The notes beneath the pieces were generated by a model. The model saw only the letters and a program-made list of their open reading frames with translations. It was not told the origin of the DNA and made no database searches. Of a stretch of DNA of 64,000 bases, positions 12,940 to 22,607 are shown one piece after another; within the stretch, counting starts at the first letter, position 1, and each line of letters opens with the position of its first letter. Both the position numbers and the translations under genes were made by a program. Location of the stretch: contig CAWJOQ010000002.1 in assembly GCA_963844485.1 (NCBI GenBank), positions 192,328 through 256,327 on the forward strand, in the 5' to 3' direction. This DNA is from an uncultured beta proteobacterium (GTDB lineage Bacteria > Pseudomonadota > Gammaproteobacteria > Burkholderiales > Burkholderiaceae_C).

Positions 12940-13025
12940 TCAAGCGGCCGCCGCGAAACCGGCTGTGCCGGGCCGCCGGCGGCGCCCCCTTGCGGGGGAC
13001 GCGTCGAAGGCGCTGCGGGGGTGGG

Positions 13026-13517
13026 TCAGACTCTCAGGATGCGCTCGCCGCGGCCGATGCCGCTGGCGCCGGTGCGCACGGTTTCCAGGATCGCCGTGCG
13101 ATCGATGCCTTCGATGAAGGCATCGAGCTTGCTGGCGTCGCCGGTGAGCTCCAGCGTGTAGCTCTTTTCGGTCACGTCGATGATGCGGCCGCGGAAGATG
13201 TCGGCCATGCGCTTCATCTCCTCGCGCTCCTTGCCGACGGCGCGCACCTTGATGAGCATCAGCTCACGCTCGGTGTAGCTGCCCTCGGTCAGATCGACCA
13301 CCTTCACCACCTCGATCAGGCGGTTCAGGTGCTTGGTGATCTGCTCGATGACCTCGTCAGACCCGGTGGTGACGATGGTCATGCGCGACAGGCTGGGGTC
13401 CTCGGTGGGCGCGACCGTCAGGCTCTCGATGTTGTAGCCGCGGGCGGAAAACAAGGCCACCACGCGGGACAGGGCGCCGGGCTCGTTTTCGAGCAGCACG
13501 GCAATGATGTGTTTCAT
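13026..13517 (-). CDS. ilvH: Acetolactate synthase small (regulatory) subunit
   Basis: MKHIIAVLLENEPGALSRVVALFSARGYNIESLTV, an ACT domain. Confidence 0.9.
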   Translation of the reverse strand: MKHIIAVLLENEPGALSRVVALFSARGYNIESLTVAPTEDPSLSRMTIVTTGSDEVIEQITKHLNRLIEVVKVVDLTEGSYTERELMLIKVRAVGKEREEMKRMADIFRGRIIDVTEKSYTLELTGDASKLDAFIEGIDRTAILETVRTGASGIGRGERILRV

Positions 13518-13683
13518 GTCAATCCTAAGGGCGCTGGCTCTTCGGAGCCGGCGGCGGTAACCGCCGGTCCTTGGCCACGCCCATCTGGCGTTGGGAATCG
13601 ATCGGTCCGGGTTGCAGCCAGCCTGTCGGTCGGCCCCGGCTGCAGCAGCGGCAACCGCTGCAGCCCGGCCGGCCTTCAGCCGG

Positions 13684-15474
13684 TCACAGGTCCTCGGACC
13701 CCAGCAGCATCTCGGTGATGCCCTTGCCCGCCTGCACCATCGGCCAGACGTTTTCGGTCTGGTCGGTGCGCACATCCAGGAAGACGGTGCGGTCCTTGAG
13801 CCGGATCATCTCCTTGAGCGCCGGCTCGACCTCAGACGGCTTCTCGATCTTGATGCCGACGTGGCCATAGGCTTCGGCCAACTTGACGAAATCGGGCAAG
13901 GCATCCATGTAGCTGTGCGAGTAGCGGCTGCCGTAGTCCAGCTGCTGCCACTGGCGCACCATGCCCAGGTAGCGGTTGTTCAAGGCGACGATCTTGACCG
14001 GCGTCCTGTACTGCAGGCAGGTCGACAGCTCCTGGATGCACATCTGGATCGAGCCTTCGCCGGTGATGCAGAACACCTCACTGTCGGGCTTGGCCAGCTT
14101 GATGCCCATGGCATAGGGCAGGCCCACGCCCATGGTGCCCAGGCCGCCGCTGTTGATCCAGCGGCGCGGCTCATGGAAGCGGTAGAACTGCGCCGCCCAC
14201 ATCTGGTGCTGGCCCACATCGCTGGTGATGTAGGTGTCGATGTCCTTGGTCAGCTCGCTCAGCGTCTCGACCACAAACTGTGGCTTGATGACGTCAGCGC
14301 TCTGCTTGTAGTTCAGGCACTCGCGCTTGCGCCATTCATTGATCTGGCCCCACCAGGCCGCCAAAGCCTGCGGGTCGGCACGCAGCGGGCTTTCCTTGAC
14401 GTAGGCGATCATTTCCTGCAGCACGTCCTTGGTGTCGCCGACGATGGGGATGTCGACCCGGACGCGCTTGCTGATCGACGACGGGTCGATGTCGATGTGG
14501 ATGATCTTGCGCTCGACCGACGCGAAGTGCTCGGGATTGCCGATCACACGGTCATCGAAGCGCGCACCCACTGCAATCAGCACATCGCAGTGCTGCATCG
14601 TCATGTTGGCTTCGTAGGTGCCGTGCATGCCCAGCATGCCCAGGAACTTGGGGTCGGCCGCAGACGTGGCGCCCAGGCCCATCAGGGTGTTGGTGCAGGG
14701 GTAGCCCAGCAGGTCGGCCAGCTCGCGCAGCTCAGGCGAGGCATTGCCCAGGATCACGCCGCCGCCGGCATAGATGTAAGGGCGCTTGGCGGTCAACAGC
14801 AACTGCATGGCCTTGCGGATCTGTCCGCCATGGCCCTTCTTGACCGGGTTGTACGAGCGCATCTCCACCTTGTCGGGGTAGACAAAGGGGCAGACCTTGA
14901 GCGACACGTCCTTCGGGATGTCGACCACGACCGGGCCGGGCCGGCCGGTGCGGGCGATGTGGAAGGCCTTCTTCATCGTCAGCGCCAGGTCGCGCACGTC
15001 CTTCACCAGGAAGTTGTGCTTGACGATCGGGCGGGTGATGCCGACGGTGTCGCATTCCTGGAAGGCGTCCAGGCCGATGGCCGGCGTCGGCACCTGGCCG
15101 GTGACGATCACCATCGGGATCGAGTCCATGTAGGCGGTGGCGATGCCGGTGATGGCATTGGTCACGCCCGGGCCGCTGGTGACCAGGGCCACGCCGACTT
15201 CGCCGGTGGCACGGGCGTAGCCATCGGCGGCATGCACGGCAGCCTGCTCATGGCGCACCAGCACGTGTTCGATGGTGTTCTGCTTGTACAGCGCGTCGTA
15301 GATGTAGAGCACAGCCCCGCCGGGGTAGCCCCACATGAACTTGACGCCTTCTGCCTGCAGGCAGCGCACCATGATTTCAGAGCCGTTCAGCTCGGGCGCT
15401 TGGGCGCTTGGGGATTGCGGTGACGCCAGACCTTGGGCGGTGGCGCGCTTGACTTCCGCGGCAGACATGTCCAT
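13684..15474 (-). CDS. ilvB: Acetolactate synthase large subunit (TPP-dependent)
   Basis: An intact 596-aa ORF with TPP-binding GDG ... NN motifs and VRHEQAAVHAADGYAR. Confidence 0.92.
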   Translation of the reverse strand: MDMSAAEVKRATAQGLASPQSPSAQAPELNGSEIMVRCLQAEGVKFMWGYPGGAVLYIYDALYKQNTIEHVLVRHEQAAVHAADGYARATGEVGVALVTSGPGVTNAITGIATAYMDSIPMVIVTGQVPTPAIGLDAFQECDTVGITRPIVKHNFLVKDVRDLALTMKKAFHIARTGRPGPVVVDIPKDVSLKVCPFVYPDKVEMRSYNPVKKGHGGQIRKAMQLLLTAKRPYIYAGGGVILGNASPELRELADLLGYPCTNTLMGLGATSAADPKFLGMLGMHGTYEANMTMQHCDVLIAVGARFDDRVIGNPEHFASVERKIIHIDIDPSSISKRVRVDIPIVGDTKDVLQEMIAYVKESPLRADPQALAAWWGQINEWRKRECLNYKQSADVIKPQFVVETLSELTKDIDTYITSDVGQHQMWAAQFYRFHEPRRWINSGGLGTMGVGLPYAMGIKLAKPDSEVFCITGEGSIQMCIQELSTCLQYRTPVKIVALNNRYLGMVRQWQQLDYGSRYSHSYMDALPDFVKLAEAYGHVGIKIEKPSEVEPALKEMIRLKDRTVFLDVRTDQTENVWPMVQAGKGITEMLLGSEDL

Positions 15475-15730
15475 ATGGGAACCTCTGTGAATTTCTCTGA
15501 CGAAAAACCATTGGTGTGCCTCTTCGCGCCCTCATGAGGCGGATGTGGCACCGTGCGCAAAATTGCGCGATCGAAAAACAAAGGCCCACTCGGGTCGGTG
15601 AGCCTGTCTGAGACCAGTGACGCTTTGTGCGAAGCAGCATTATCGCACCAGATCGACGCCTGCCGTGCCCAAGCGCGGCAGCGCGCCAGCCCGGTGACAT
15701 AATCTGCGCCGATTTCGGCCACCGCCCGTC

Positions 15731-16317
15731 TTGGGCGCCGGGACCCATTTGGCCAGCGACAAAGAACTTTCAGACTGCCTCAAGAGTGTTGAGAAGCGCG
15801 CCTTCAAGCGCACCGTCTACACGGTGCGTGACGAAGATGCCGCGCTTGACATCGTGCAGGACGCGATGATTCGCCTGGCCGAGAAATACGCCGATCGGCC
15901 CGCCGGCCGAACTGCCGCTTGCTGTTCCAGCGCATCCTGTCGAACGCCACGATGGACTGGTTCCGGCGCCAGAAGGTGCGCAATGCCGTGCTGCAGAACA
16001 TGTCGGACTTCGACACCGACGGCACGCGGGATGATTTCGACCTGCTGGAGAGCCTGGAATCGGCCGATGGCATGCTGGGTGCCGAAAGTGCGGCCGACAC
16101 CGTGTCGCGGTCACAGATCTTGCTTCTGATCGAAGGCCAGATCGAGGAGCTGCCGGCACGTCAACGGGAAGCCTTCCTGTTGCGTTACTGGGAGGAGCTC
16201 GACACGGCCGAGACAGCCGCTGTCATGGGTTGCTCGGAAGGCAGTGTCAAGACCCACTGTTCCCGGGCGGTCCATGCCTTGGCCAAGGCGCTGCGAACCA
16301 AGGGAATCGTGCCGTGA
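15731..16317 (+). CDS. ECF (sigma-70 family, RpoE-like) RNA polymerase sigma factor, with a frameshift near 15900-15920
   Basis: Region 2 (DIVQDAMIRLAEKYADRPAG) is in frame 2. Region 4 (LLLIEGQIEELPARQREAFLLRYWEELDTAETAAVMGCSEGSVKTHCSRAV) is in frame 1. Confidence 0.75.
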
Positions 16318-16763
16318 ACCCGCTGACCCACTCGAATCCATCGATGGCAGGCCACCTGCCCAAGCTGGAAGCGCTGGAAGGCCAATTGGCCTTGCGCCTG
16401 ACCACCCACCTCAGCCGCGGCGCCCAGGCGCTGCCGCATGACATTTCAGAACGCCTGCGCTTCAGCCGTGAGCGTGCGCTGGCCTCGCGCCGGGCCGTGG
16501 CCGTGCTGGCAGCGCCCACGGTGGTGGCGTCGGGCCGTGCCGCAGTGCTGGCCAACCCGCCATCGCTGTGGTGGCGCCTGGTGTCGGCGCTGCCACTGGT
16601 GATGCTGCTGGCGGGGCTGGTGTTCATTCAGCACCACCATGATCTGCAGCAGATTGCGGTTGCGGCTGAGATCGACAGCGCCCTGCTGGCCGATGCGCTG
16701 CCGCCTGCGGCCTATGGCGACGCCGGGTTCAGCGAATTTCTGCGCAGCGGCGACATGCCGTGA
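16314..16763 (+). CDS. DUF3619-family protein (putative sigma-associated membrane protein)
   Basis: Its GTG start overlaps the sigma factor stop. It has one TM helix (LVSALPLVMLLAGLVFIQ). Its position after an ECF sigma factor matches the conserved Burkholderiales operon. Confidence 0.6.
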   Translation: MNPLTHSNPSMAGHLPKLEALEGQLALRLTTHLSRGAQALPHDISERLRFSRERALASRRAVAVLAAPTVVASGRAAVLANPPSLWWRLVSALPLVMLLAGLVFIQHHHDLQQIAVAAEIDSALLADALPPAAYGDAGFSEFLRSGDMP

Positions 16764-16791
16764 TGGTCGCCCGCTGCTTGTGGTCGTGCTG

Positions 16792-17517
16792 ATGCGTACT
16801 TTGGCCGTGGCCTGGCTCACTGTGGTGGGCCTGGGCGCAGCAGCGCAACCCGCCAGGCCGGTGGCCGTGGCCGCAGCAGAGGTGGACGGCCCCAGCTGGG
16901 CCAGCCTGAGCGCGCAACAGCGCGGCGTGCTGGTGCCGCTGCAGCGTGACTGGAACACCATCGACGCACAACGCAAGGCCAAGTGGCTGGAGGTGGCAGC
17001 ACGTTTCCCGCAGATGCCTGCCGACGAGCGCCAGCGCGTGCAGGAGCGCATGGCCGAATGGGCCCGCATGACACCCGTGGAGCGGGGTCGGGCACGCCTG
17101 ACCTTCCAGGAAACCAAGCAACTCACGCCGGAGCAAAAACAACAGCGCTGGGACGCCTACCAGGCCTTGCCCGATGCCCAGCGCCAGGCCCTGGCCGAGC
17201 GCGCTGAGCCCAAAGCCGAGCCGCGCAAAGCCACGCCAGGCAAGCAGGCGCGCGATGCATCCCTGGCGGCAAAACCCCCAGAGCCCGCGCGTGCAGCGGC
17301 CTCGGCGCCGCTGGTCAAGCCGGTCACGCCCACCATCGTGCAGGCCAAGCCGGGCGCCACCACCACCTTGATGACCCGCCCGGTGGCGCCGCCAGCACAC
17401 CAGAAACCCGGGCAGCCCAAGATCGCCACGGCGCCGGACCAGGTGAACCGCCAGACGCTGCTGCCGCAACAGGGTCCGCAGGCGGCAGCCGCTGCCTCCG
17501 CGCCACGCCAGCCGTGA
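16792..17517 (+). CDS. DUF3106-domain secreted protein
   Basis: It has a signal peptide (MRTLAVAWLTVVGLGAAAQPA), a W...LS..Q...W...ER..ERM..W motif, and a Pro/Ala-rich tail. Confidence 0.6.
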   Translation: MRTLAVAWLTVVGLGAAAQPARPVAVAAAEVDGPSWASLSAQQRGVLVPLQRDWNTIDAQRKAKWLEVAARFPQMPADERQRVQERMAEWARMTPVERGRARLTFQETKQLTPEQKQQRWDAYQALPDAQRQALAERAEPKAEPRKATPGKQARDASLAAKPPEPARAAASAPLVKPVTPTIVQAKPGATTTLMTRPVAPPAHQKPGQPKIATAPDQVNRQTLLPQQGPQAAAAASAPRQP

Positions 17518-18026
17518 ACACGGCACCCGGTCTGGCGCGGCGTCTGGCCGCGTTTCTCTACGAAGGCGTGCTGCTGTTTGGCGTGGTGATGATGGCCGGC
17601 TTCCTGTACTCGACGATCACCCAGCAGCGCCACGCCCTGGAAGGCCGCTTCGGCTTGATGCTGTTTCTGTTTGTGGTGCTGGGCATTTATTTCAGCTGGT
17701 TCTGGTCGCGCGGCGGCCAGACCGTGGCCATGAAGGCCTGGCACATCCGCCTGGTGTCGGCAGACGGCGGGGCGGTGTCAGGCTGGCGGGCTGCCGTGCG
17801 CTATCTGCTGGCATGGTTGTGGTTTCTGCCGGCAACCGCCGCCGTCTATGCCGCCGGGCTGCACGGCAAGGGCGAAGTGACGACCGCGGTGCTGGCCGGC
17901 GTGCTGGCCTATGCGGCCCTGGCCTGGCTGCGGCCCGATCGGCAGTTCTGGCACGACGTGGTCTGCGGTACACGTCTGGTCGACTGCAAGCCTGCGCTGC
18001 CGGCCAAGGCAAACTCTGGCGCATGA
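17514..18026 (+). CDS. RDD-family membrane protein
   Basis: It has three TM helices and an RDD-like architecture, and it overlaps the previous stop codon. Confidence 0.7.
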   Translation: MNTAPGLARRLAAFLYEGVLLFGVVMMAGFLYSTITQQRHALEGRFGLMLFLFVVLGIYFSWFWSRGGQTVAMKAWHIRLVSADGGAVSGWRAAVRYLLAWLWFLPATAAVYAAGLHGKGEVTTAVLAGVLAYAALAWLRPDRQFWHDVVCGTRLVDCKPALPAKANSGA

Positions 18027-18403
18027 ACAACCCACACAAGATGCGCACCGGGCTGGACCGGATGCTGCACGCCTTCGGCTATTCGATGCAGGGGCTGGCG
18101 GCAGCGGTACGCTTCGAAAGCGCCTTCCGGCAAGAAGCGGCGCTGGCGGTGGTCATGCTGCCGGCTGCGTTCTGGCTGGGGCGCAACTGGATCGAGGTGG
18201 TGCTGCTCGCTGGCTCGGTGCTGCTGGTGCTGATCGTGGAGTTGCTGAACTCGGCCATCGAAGCCGTGGTCGACCGGGTGTCGCTGGAACTGCATGAACT
18301 GGCCAAGCGGGCCAAAGACTACGGCAGCGCGGCGGTGCTGATGGCCCTGTTGTGCTGCGCAGGCATCTGGACCACCGTGGCCTGGCAGCGGTGGCTGGCA
18401 TGA
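18023..18403 (+). CDS. dgkA: Diacylglycerol kinase
   Basis: MNNPHKMRTGLDRMLHAFGYSMQGLAAAVRFESAFRQEAAL ... ELLNSAIEAVVDRVS. It is 126 aa, typical for DgkA. Confidence 0.85.
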   Translation: MNNPHKMRTGLDRMLHAFGYSMQGLAAAVRFESAFRQEAALAVVMLPAAFWLGRNWIEVVLLAGSVLLVLIVELLNSAIEAVVDRVSLELHELAKRAKDYGSAAVLMALLCCAGIWTTVAWQRWLA

Positions 18404-18473
18404 GCCCGCCGGGCCGCCCCAAGGGCGAATTACGCGGTGCGCAGCACCAAGCTACCCAGCGGGCGACAAGGCA

Positions 18474-19064
18474 CTGCCGCCCGGCGGCCCGTTTTCCGTC
18501 TGCGTCTACTGCGGCTCACGTGATGGCGTGCGGCCGGGCTACCGGGCACTGGCGCAGCGGCTGGGCACGGCCATCGGCCAGCGCGGTTGGCAGCTGGTGT
18601 ATGGCGGTGGGCGGGCTGGGTTGATGGGCGCCGTGGCCGACGCCACCCTGGCTGCCGGCGGCACGGTGGTGGGCGTGATCCCCACATCGCTGGTGACCCT
18701 GGAGGTGGGCCACGCCGGCCTGACCGAGCTGCATGTGGTGCAGACCATGCACCAGCGCAAGCAGATGATGGCCGAGCGCAGCCACGCCTTCATTGCCATG
18801 CCCGGTGGCATCGGCACCTTCGAAGAGCTGTTCGAAGTCTGGACCTGGCGCCATCTCGCATACCACGACCGGCCGCTGGGTCTGCTGGATGCCGAGGGTT
18901 ACTGGGCGCCGATGCTGCAGTTCCTGCACCACGCGGTGGCCGAAGGCTTCATGGATGGTGAGCAGATGGCCATGCTGCACAGCGACGACCAGGTCGAGCG
19001 CCTGCTGGACACGCTGGCCGCGCAGGCCGGCGACCCGAGCGACGACAACTTCAGCCGGATCTGA
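18474..19064 (+). CDS. LOG-family protein (cytokinin riboside 5'-monophosphate phosphoribohydrolase-like, TIGR00730). The start is uncertain.
   Basis: SVCVYCGSRDG ... GGGRAGLMGAV ... PGGIGTFEE, which are LOG/Rossmann motifs. The upstream conserved residues lack an in-frame ATG, so the 5' end may be affected by an indel. Confidence 0.7.
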   Translation: MPPGGPFSVCVYCGSRDGVRPGYRALAQRLGTAIGQRGWQLVYGGGRAGLMGAVADATLAAGGTVVGVIPTSLVTLEVGHAGLTELHVVQTMHQRKQMMAERSHAFIAMPGGIGTFEELFEVWTWRHLAYHDRPLGLLDAEGYWAPMLQFLHHAVAEGFMDGEQMAMLHSDDQVERLLDTLAAQAGDPSDDNFSRI

Positions 19065-19116
19065 AACCGGTCGCCGCAAACAACAAGGCAGGCCACTGGC
19101 CTGCCCTGCGTTTCAG

Positions 19117-19178
19117 GCCAAGTAGTGTCAGACCAAGTAGCGTCAGCCCAAGTAGCGTCAGACCATGCGGCGTCAGAT
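19117..19178. repeat. Three tandem copies of the 15-bp unit CCAAGTAG(T/C)GTCAGA plus a partial fourth, between the LOG-family gene and glnB
   Basis: The sequence is ccaagtagtgtcagaccaagtagcgtcagcccaagtagcgtcagaccatgcggcgtcaga. It lies just downstream of a GGCAGGCCActgGCCTGCC hairpin at 19088..19106. Confidence 0.7.
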
Positions 19179-19200
19179 GCTGCCGGCCCTGCTGCCTGGC

Positions 19201-19554
<354 letters not shown>

Positions 19555-19575
19555 CTAGCTAAGACTGCGTTGAAT

Positions 19576-21276
19576 TTAAGCACGGAACTTCGAGGTGATG
19601 GGATAGCGCCAATCGCGCCCGAAGGCGCGGTGCGTGATGCGGATGCCCACCGGTGACTGGCGGCGCTTGTACTCGTTGGTCTTGATCAGATGGGTCACCC
19701 GCTCCACATCGGCGGCGGCAAAGCCGGCGGCCACGATGTCGTCGATGGACTGGTCTTCTTCCATGTAGCGCGCCAGGATGGCGTCCAGCACCTCGTAGGG
19801 CGGCAGGCTGTCCTGGTCGGTCTGGTCGGCACGCAGCTCGGCCGACGGCGGCCGGGTGATGATGCGCTCGGGGATCACCGGTCCAAGTGTGCCGTCGGCC
19901 CAGCGCGTGGGCTGGCGGTTTTTCCATTCACACAGGCGGTAGACCAGGGTCTTGGCCACGTCCTTGATGACCGCGAAGCCGCCGGCCATGTCGCCGTACA
20001 GCGTGCAGTAGCCAGTGGCCATCTCGCTCTTGTTGCCGGTGGTCAGCACGATGGAGCCGAACTTGTTGGACAGCGCCATCAGCAAGATGCCGCGGACGCG
20101 GGCCTGGATGTTCTCTTCGGTCGCGTCTTCGGGCCGGCCGGCAAATTCGGCCGCCAGCGCGCCCTTGAAGGCCTCGAACATCGGCAGGATCGAGATTTCG
20201 TCGTAGCGCACGCCCAGGCGCTGGGCCATGTCGCGGGCGTCGACCCAGGAGATGCTGGCGGTGTAGGGGCTGGGCATCATCACCGTGCGCACCCGGTCAG
20301 CGCCCAGGGCGTCCACCGCAATGGCCAGCACCAGGGCTGAATCGACGCCGCCGCTCAGGCCGATGATCACGCCGGGAAAGCCGTTCTTGCCGATGTAGTC
20401 GCGCACGCCGGTCACCAGCGCCGCCCAGGCCTGGGCTTCCAGCGCGGGCACAGGCTGCACCTCGCCCAGCATGCGGCCATCGGCCTGCCAGTCGACCCAG
20501 ACCAGGTGTTCGTCGAAGCTGGCGCCGCGCGCGGCCACCTGGCCCTGCGCGTCGATGGCAAACGAGGCACCGTCAAACACCACCTCGTCTTGCCCGCCCA
20601 CCAGATGGGCGTACAGCAGCGGCAGGCCGGTGGCCTGCACCCGCTGCAGCATGCGCGACTCGCGCTCGCCGCTCTTGTCGAGGTGGAACGGTGAGGCGTT
20701 GATGACACACAGGCCTCGGCACCGGCAGCCTTGGCGGCCTGGGCGGGCTCGTCGAACCAGGCGTCTTCGCAGATCAGCAGGCCGAAGCGGCGGCCGCCGG
20801 CGCTGAAGACCACCGCGCCCTGCCCGGCATCGCGGCCGGATACAAAGTAGCGCCGCTCGTCGAAGACCTGGTAGTTGGGCAGTTCACGCTTGCAGTAGGT
20901 GGCCACCACCCGGCCACCGGCCAGCACCGACGCCGCATTGAAGCGCTGCACCACGGCATGCGACCGGCTGCGCTGGTCCCCCTGGCCTTCAAACTGGTGC
21001 GGATGGCCCACCACCACGGTCAGGCCGTCAACGCCGGCCAGCGCCTGGCCAGCGTTGCCAGCGCCTGGCGCAGGCCTGCATGAAGGCCGGGCGCAGCAGC
21101 AGGTCTTCGGGCGGGTAGCCGGTCAGTGCCAGTTCGGGCGCCACCAGCAGTGCCGCACCGCTGGCATGGGCTTCGCGTGCGCAGTCCACAATGCGGCGCG
21201 CATTGCCGGCCAGGTCACCGACCGTGGCATTGAACTGGGCCAGGGCAATGCGGACCGCAGGGGTGGGAGTTGACAT
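19576..21276 (-). CDS. nadE: Glutamine-dependent NAD+ synthetase (N-terminal CN-hydrolase domain plus C-terminal NAD synthetase domain), interrupted by at least 2 frameshifts
   Basis: The N-terminus is MSTPTPAVRIALAQFNATVGDL ... PELALTGYPPEDLLLRPAF. The middle is VVGHPHQ ... LICEDAWF. The C-terminal part is GLSGGVDSALV ... GNKSEMATGY. The three segments are in three different frames. Confidence 0.8.
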
Positions 21277-21279
21277 ACG

Positions 21280-22466
21280 GTGAGTGACCAGACCAGGTTC
21301 GAGGCGATGGCGGCAGATGTTATCCGGGTCCACCAAGACCCTGGCGCGCTGGATGGCGCGGCCTGGAATGCACTGCTCGCAGCGGCAGAGCCGGCCGACA
21401 CCGTTCATGCGCTGGGAATACCTGGCAGCGCTGCATGCATCGGGCAGCGCCGTGCCGCGCGCCGGCTGGGCGCCGCGCTTCGTCACGGTGCACCGCGGCA
21501 CCGACTTGGTGGCTGCCGCGCCGGCCTACCTGAAAAGCCACTCCTACGGCGAGTACGTCTTCGACTGGGCCTGGGCCGACGCCTACCAGCGCCACGGCCT
21601 GCGTTACTACCCCAAGCTGCTGGTGGCGGTGCCCTTCACCCCGGTGCCGGGCAGCCGCTTGCTGGCGCTCGACGCCGCCGCCCGCCACACCCTGCTGGCC
21701 GGCCTGGCCCAGGTGGCCGAGGATGAAGACGCCTCGTCGGTGCACCTGCTGTTCCACGAGCCGGATGAAGCGCCCGCCTTGGCGGCACAGGGCTGGCTGG
21801 CGCGCCAGGGCGTGCAGTTCCACTGGACGCAAGACGACGGCCGCGCCGCATGCCGATTTCAGCGCCTTCCTGGCCAGCCTGCAGCGCGACAAGCGCAAGA
21901 AGATCCAGCAGGAGCGCCGGCGCGTGGCCGACGCCGGGGTGGAATTCACGGTGCACGAGGCCGGGCAGATCGACGCCGACCTGTGGCGCTTCTTCCACCA
22001 GTGCTACACCCTCACCTACCGGGCCCATGGCTCCACGCCCTACCTGACCGCCGCGTTCTTTCAGGCCCTGGCCGACAGCCAGCCGCAGCACTGGCTGATG
22101 TTCGTGGCCCGGCGCGGCGGCCAGCCGGTGGGCGCGTCGCTGGTGGCCATCGACCGCGACCGCGGCGCCGCCTACGGCCGCTACTGGGGCGCCACCGAAT
22201 ACATCCCCTGCCTGCACTTCGAGGCCTGTTACTACCAGCCGCTGCAGTGGTGCATGGCCAATGGCTTTGTGCGCTTTGAAGGCGGCGCCCAGGGCGAGCA
22301 CAAGATGGCCCGCGGCCTGCTGCCGGTGGGCACCCGCTCGGCGCATTGGCTGGCGCACCCGCAGTTTTCAGCCGCAGTGGCTGATTTTCTGCAACGCGAA
22401 GGCCACGGCATCGCCGCCTATGTGGACGAACTGCGCGAGCACAGCCCCTTCAAAACCGACCCTTGA
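21280..22466 (+). CDS. COG3146/DUF482 GNAT-like (FemAB-type) acyltransferase, with 2 frameshifts
   Basis: AYLKSHSYGEYVFDWAWADAYQRHGLRYYPKLLVAVPFTPV and a C-terminal GNAT-like fold. The three frames switch at about 21400 and about 21840. Confidence 0.65.
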
Positions 22467-22507
22467 CCCTGGGCCCAGGTCCGGGTGGACAGCCTTGGGG
22501 CAGATTG

Positions 22508-22552
22508 CGCACACACACCGCACACACACCGCACCCACACCACACCCGCACC
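22508..22552. repeat. Imperfect CA-rich simple repeat (CACACACCG-like units) upstream of the pat-like gene
   Basis: The sequence is cacacaccgcacacacaccgcacccacaccacacccgcacc. Confidence 0.6.
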
Positions 22553-22607
22553 GCGCGCAGCTGCGCTGGCTGGCCTATGCTGGACCCACGATCTGGACGC
22601 CCTGCCC

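Noticed and set aside
13591-15423. 610-aa plus-strand ORF overlapping ilvB/ilvH
   Set aside because: It is antisense to the well-conserved acetolactate synthase. Its composition is low-complexity (runs of G, A, D, H and R) and it has no recognisable motifs.
15475-15730. Val/Ile/Leu-rich leader peptide plus attenuator upstream of ilvB
   Set aside because: Translation of the minus strand upstream of the ilvB start gives no branched-chain-rich mini-ORF. The only ORFs there (for example 15377..15748) are Arg/Pro-rich, and no clear terminator/antiterminator pair was seen.
22485-22607. N-terminal 41-aa extension of the pat-like ORF across the CA-rich repeat
   Set aside because: The extension (MDSLGADCAHTPHTHRTHTTPAP...) is translated from the simple repeat and has no counterpart in Pat homologs. 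The conserved start is MDKHYLTPLFSPTSIVV at about 22608.
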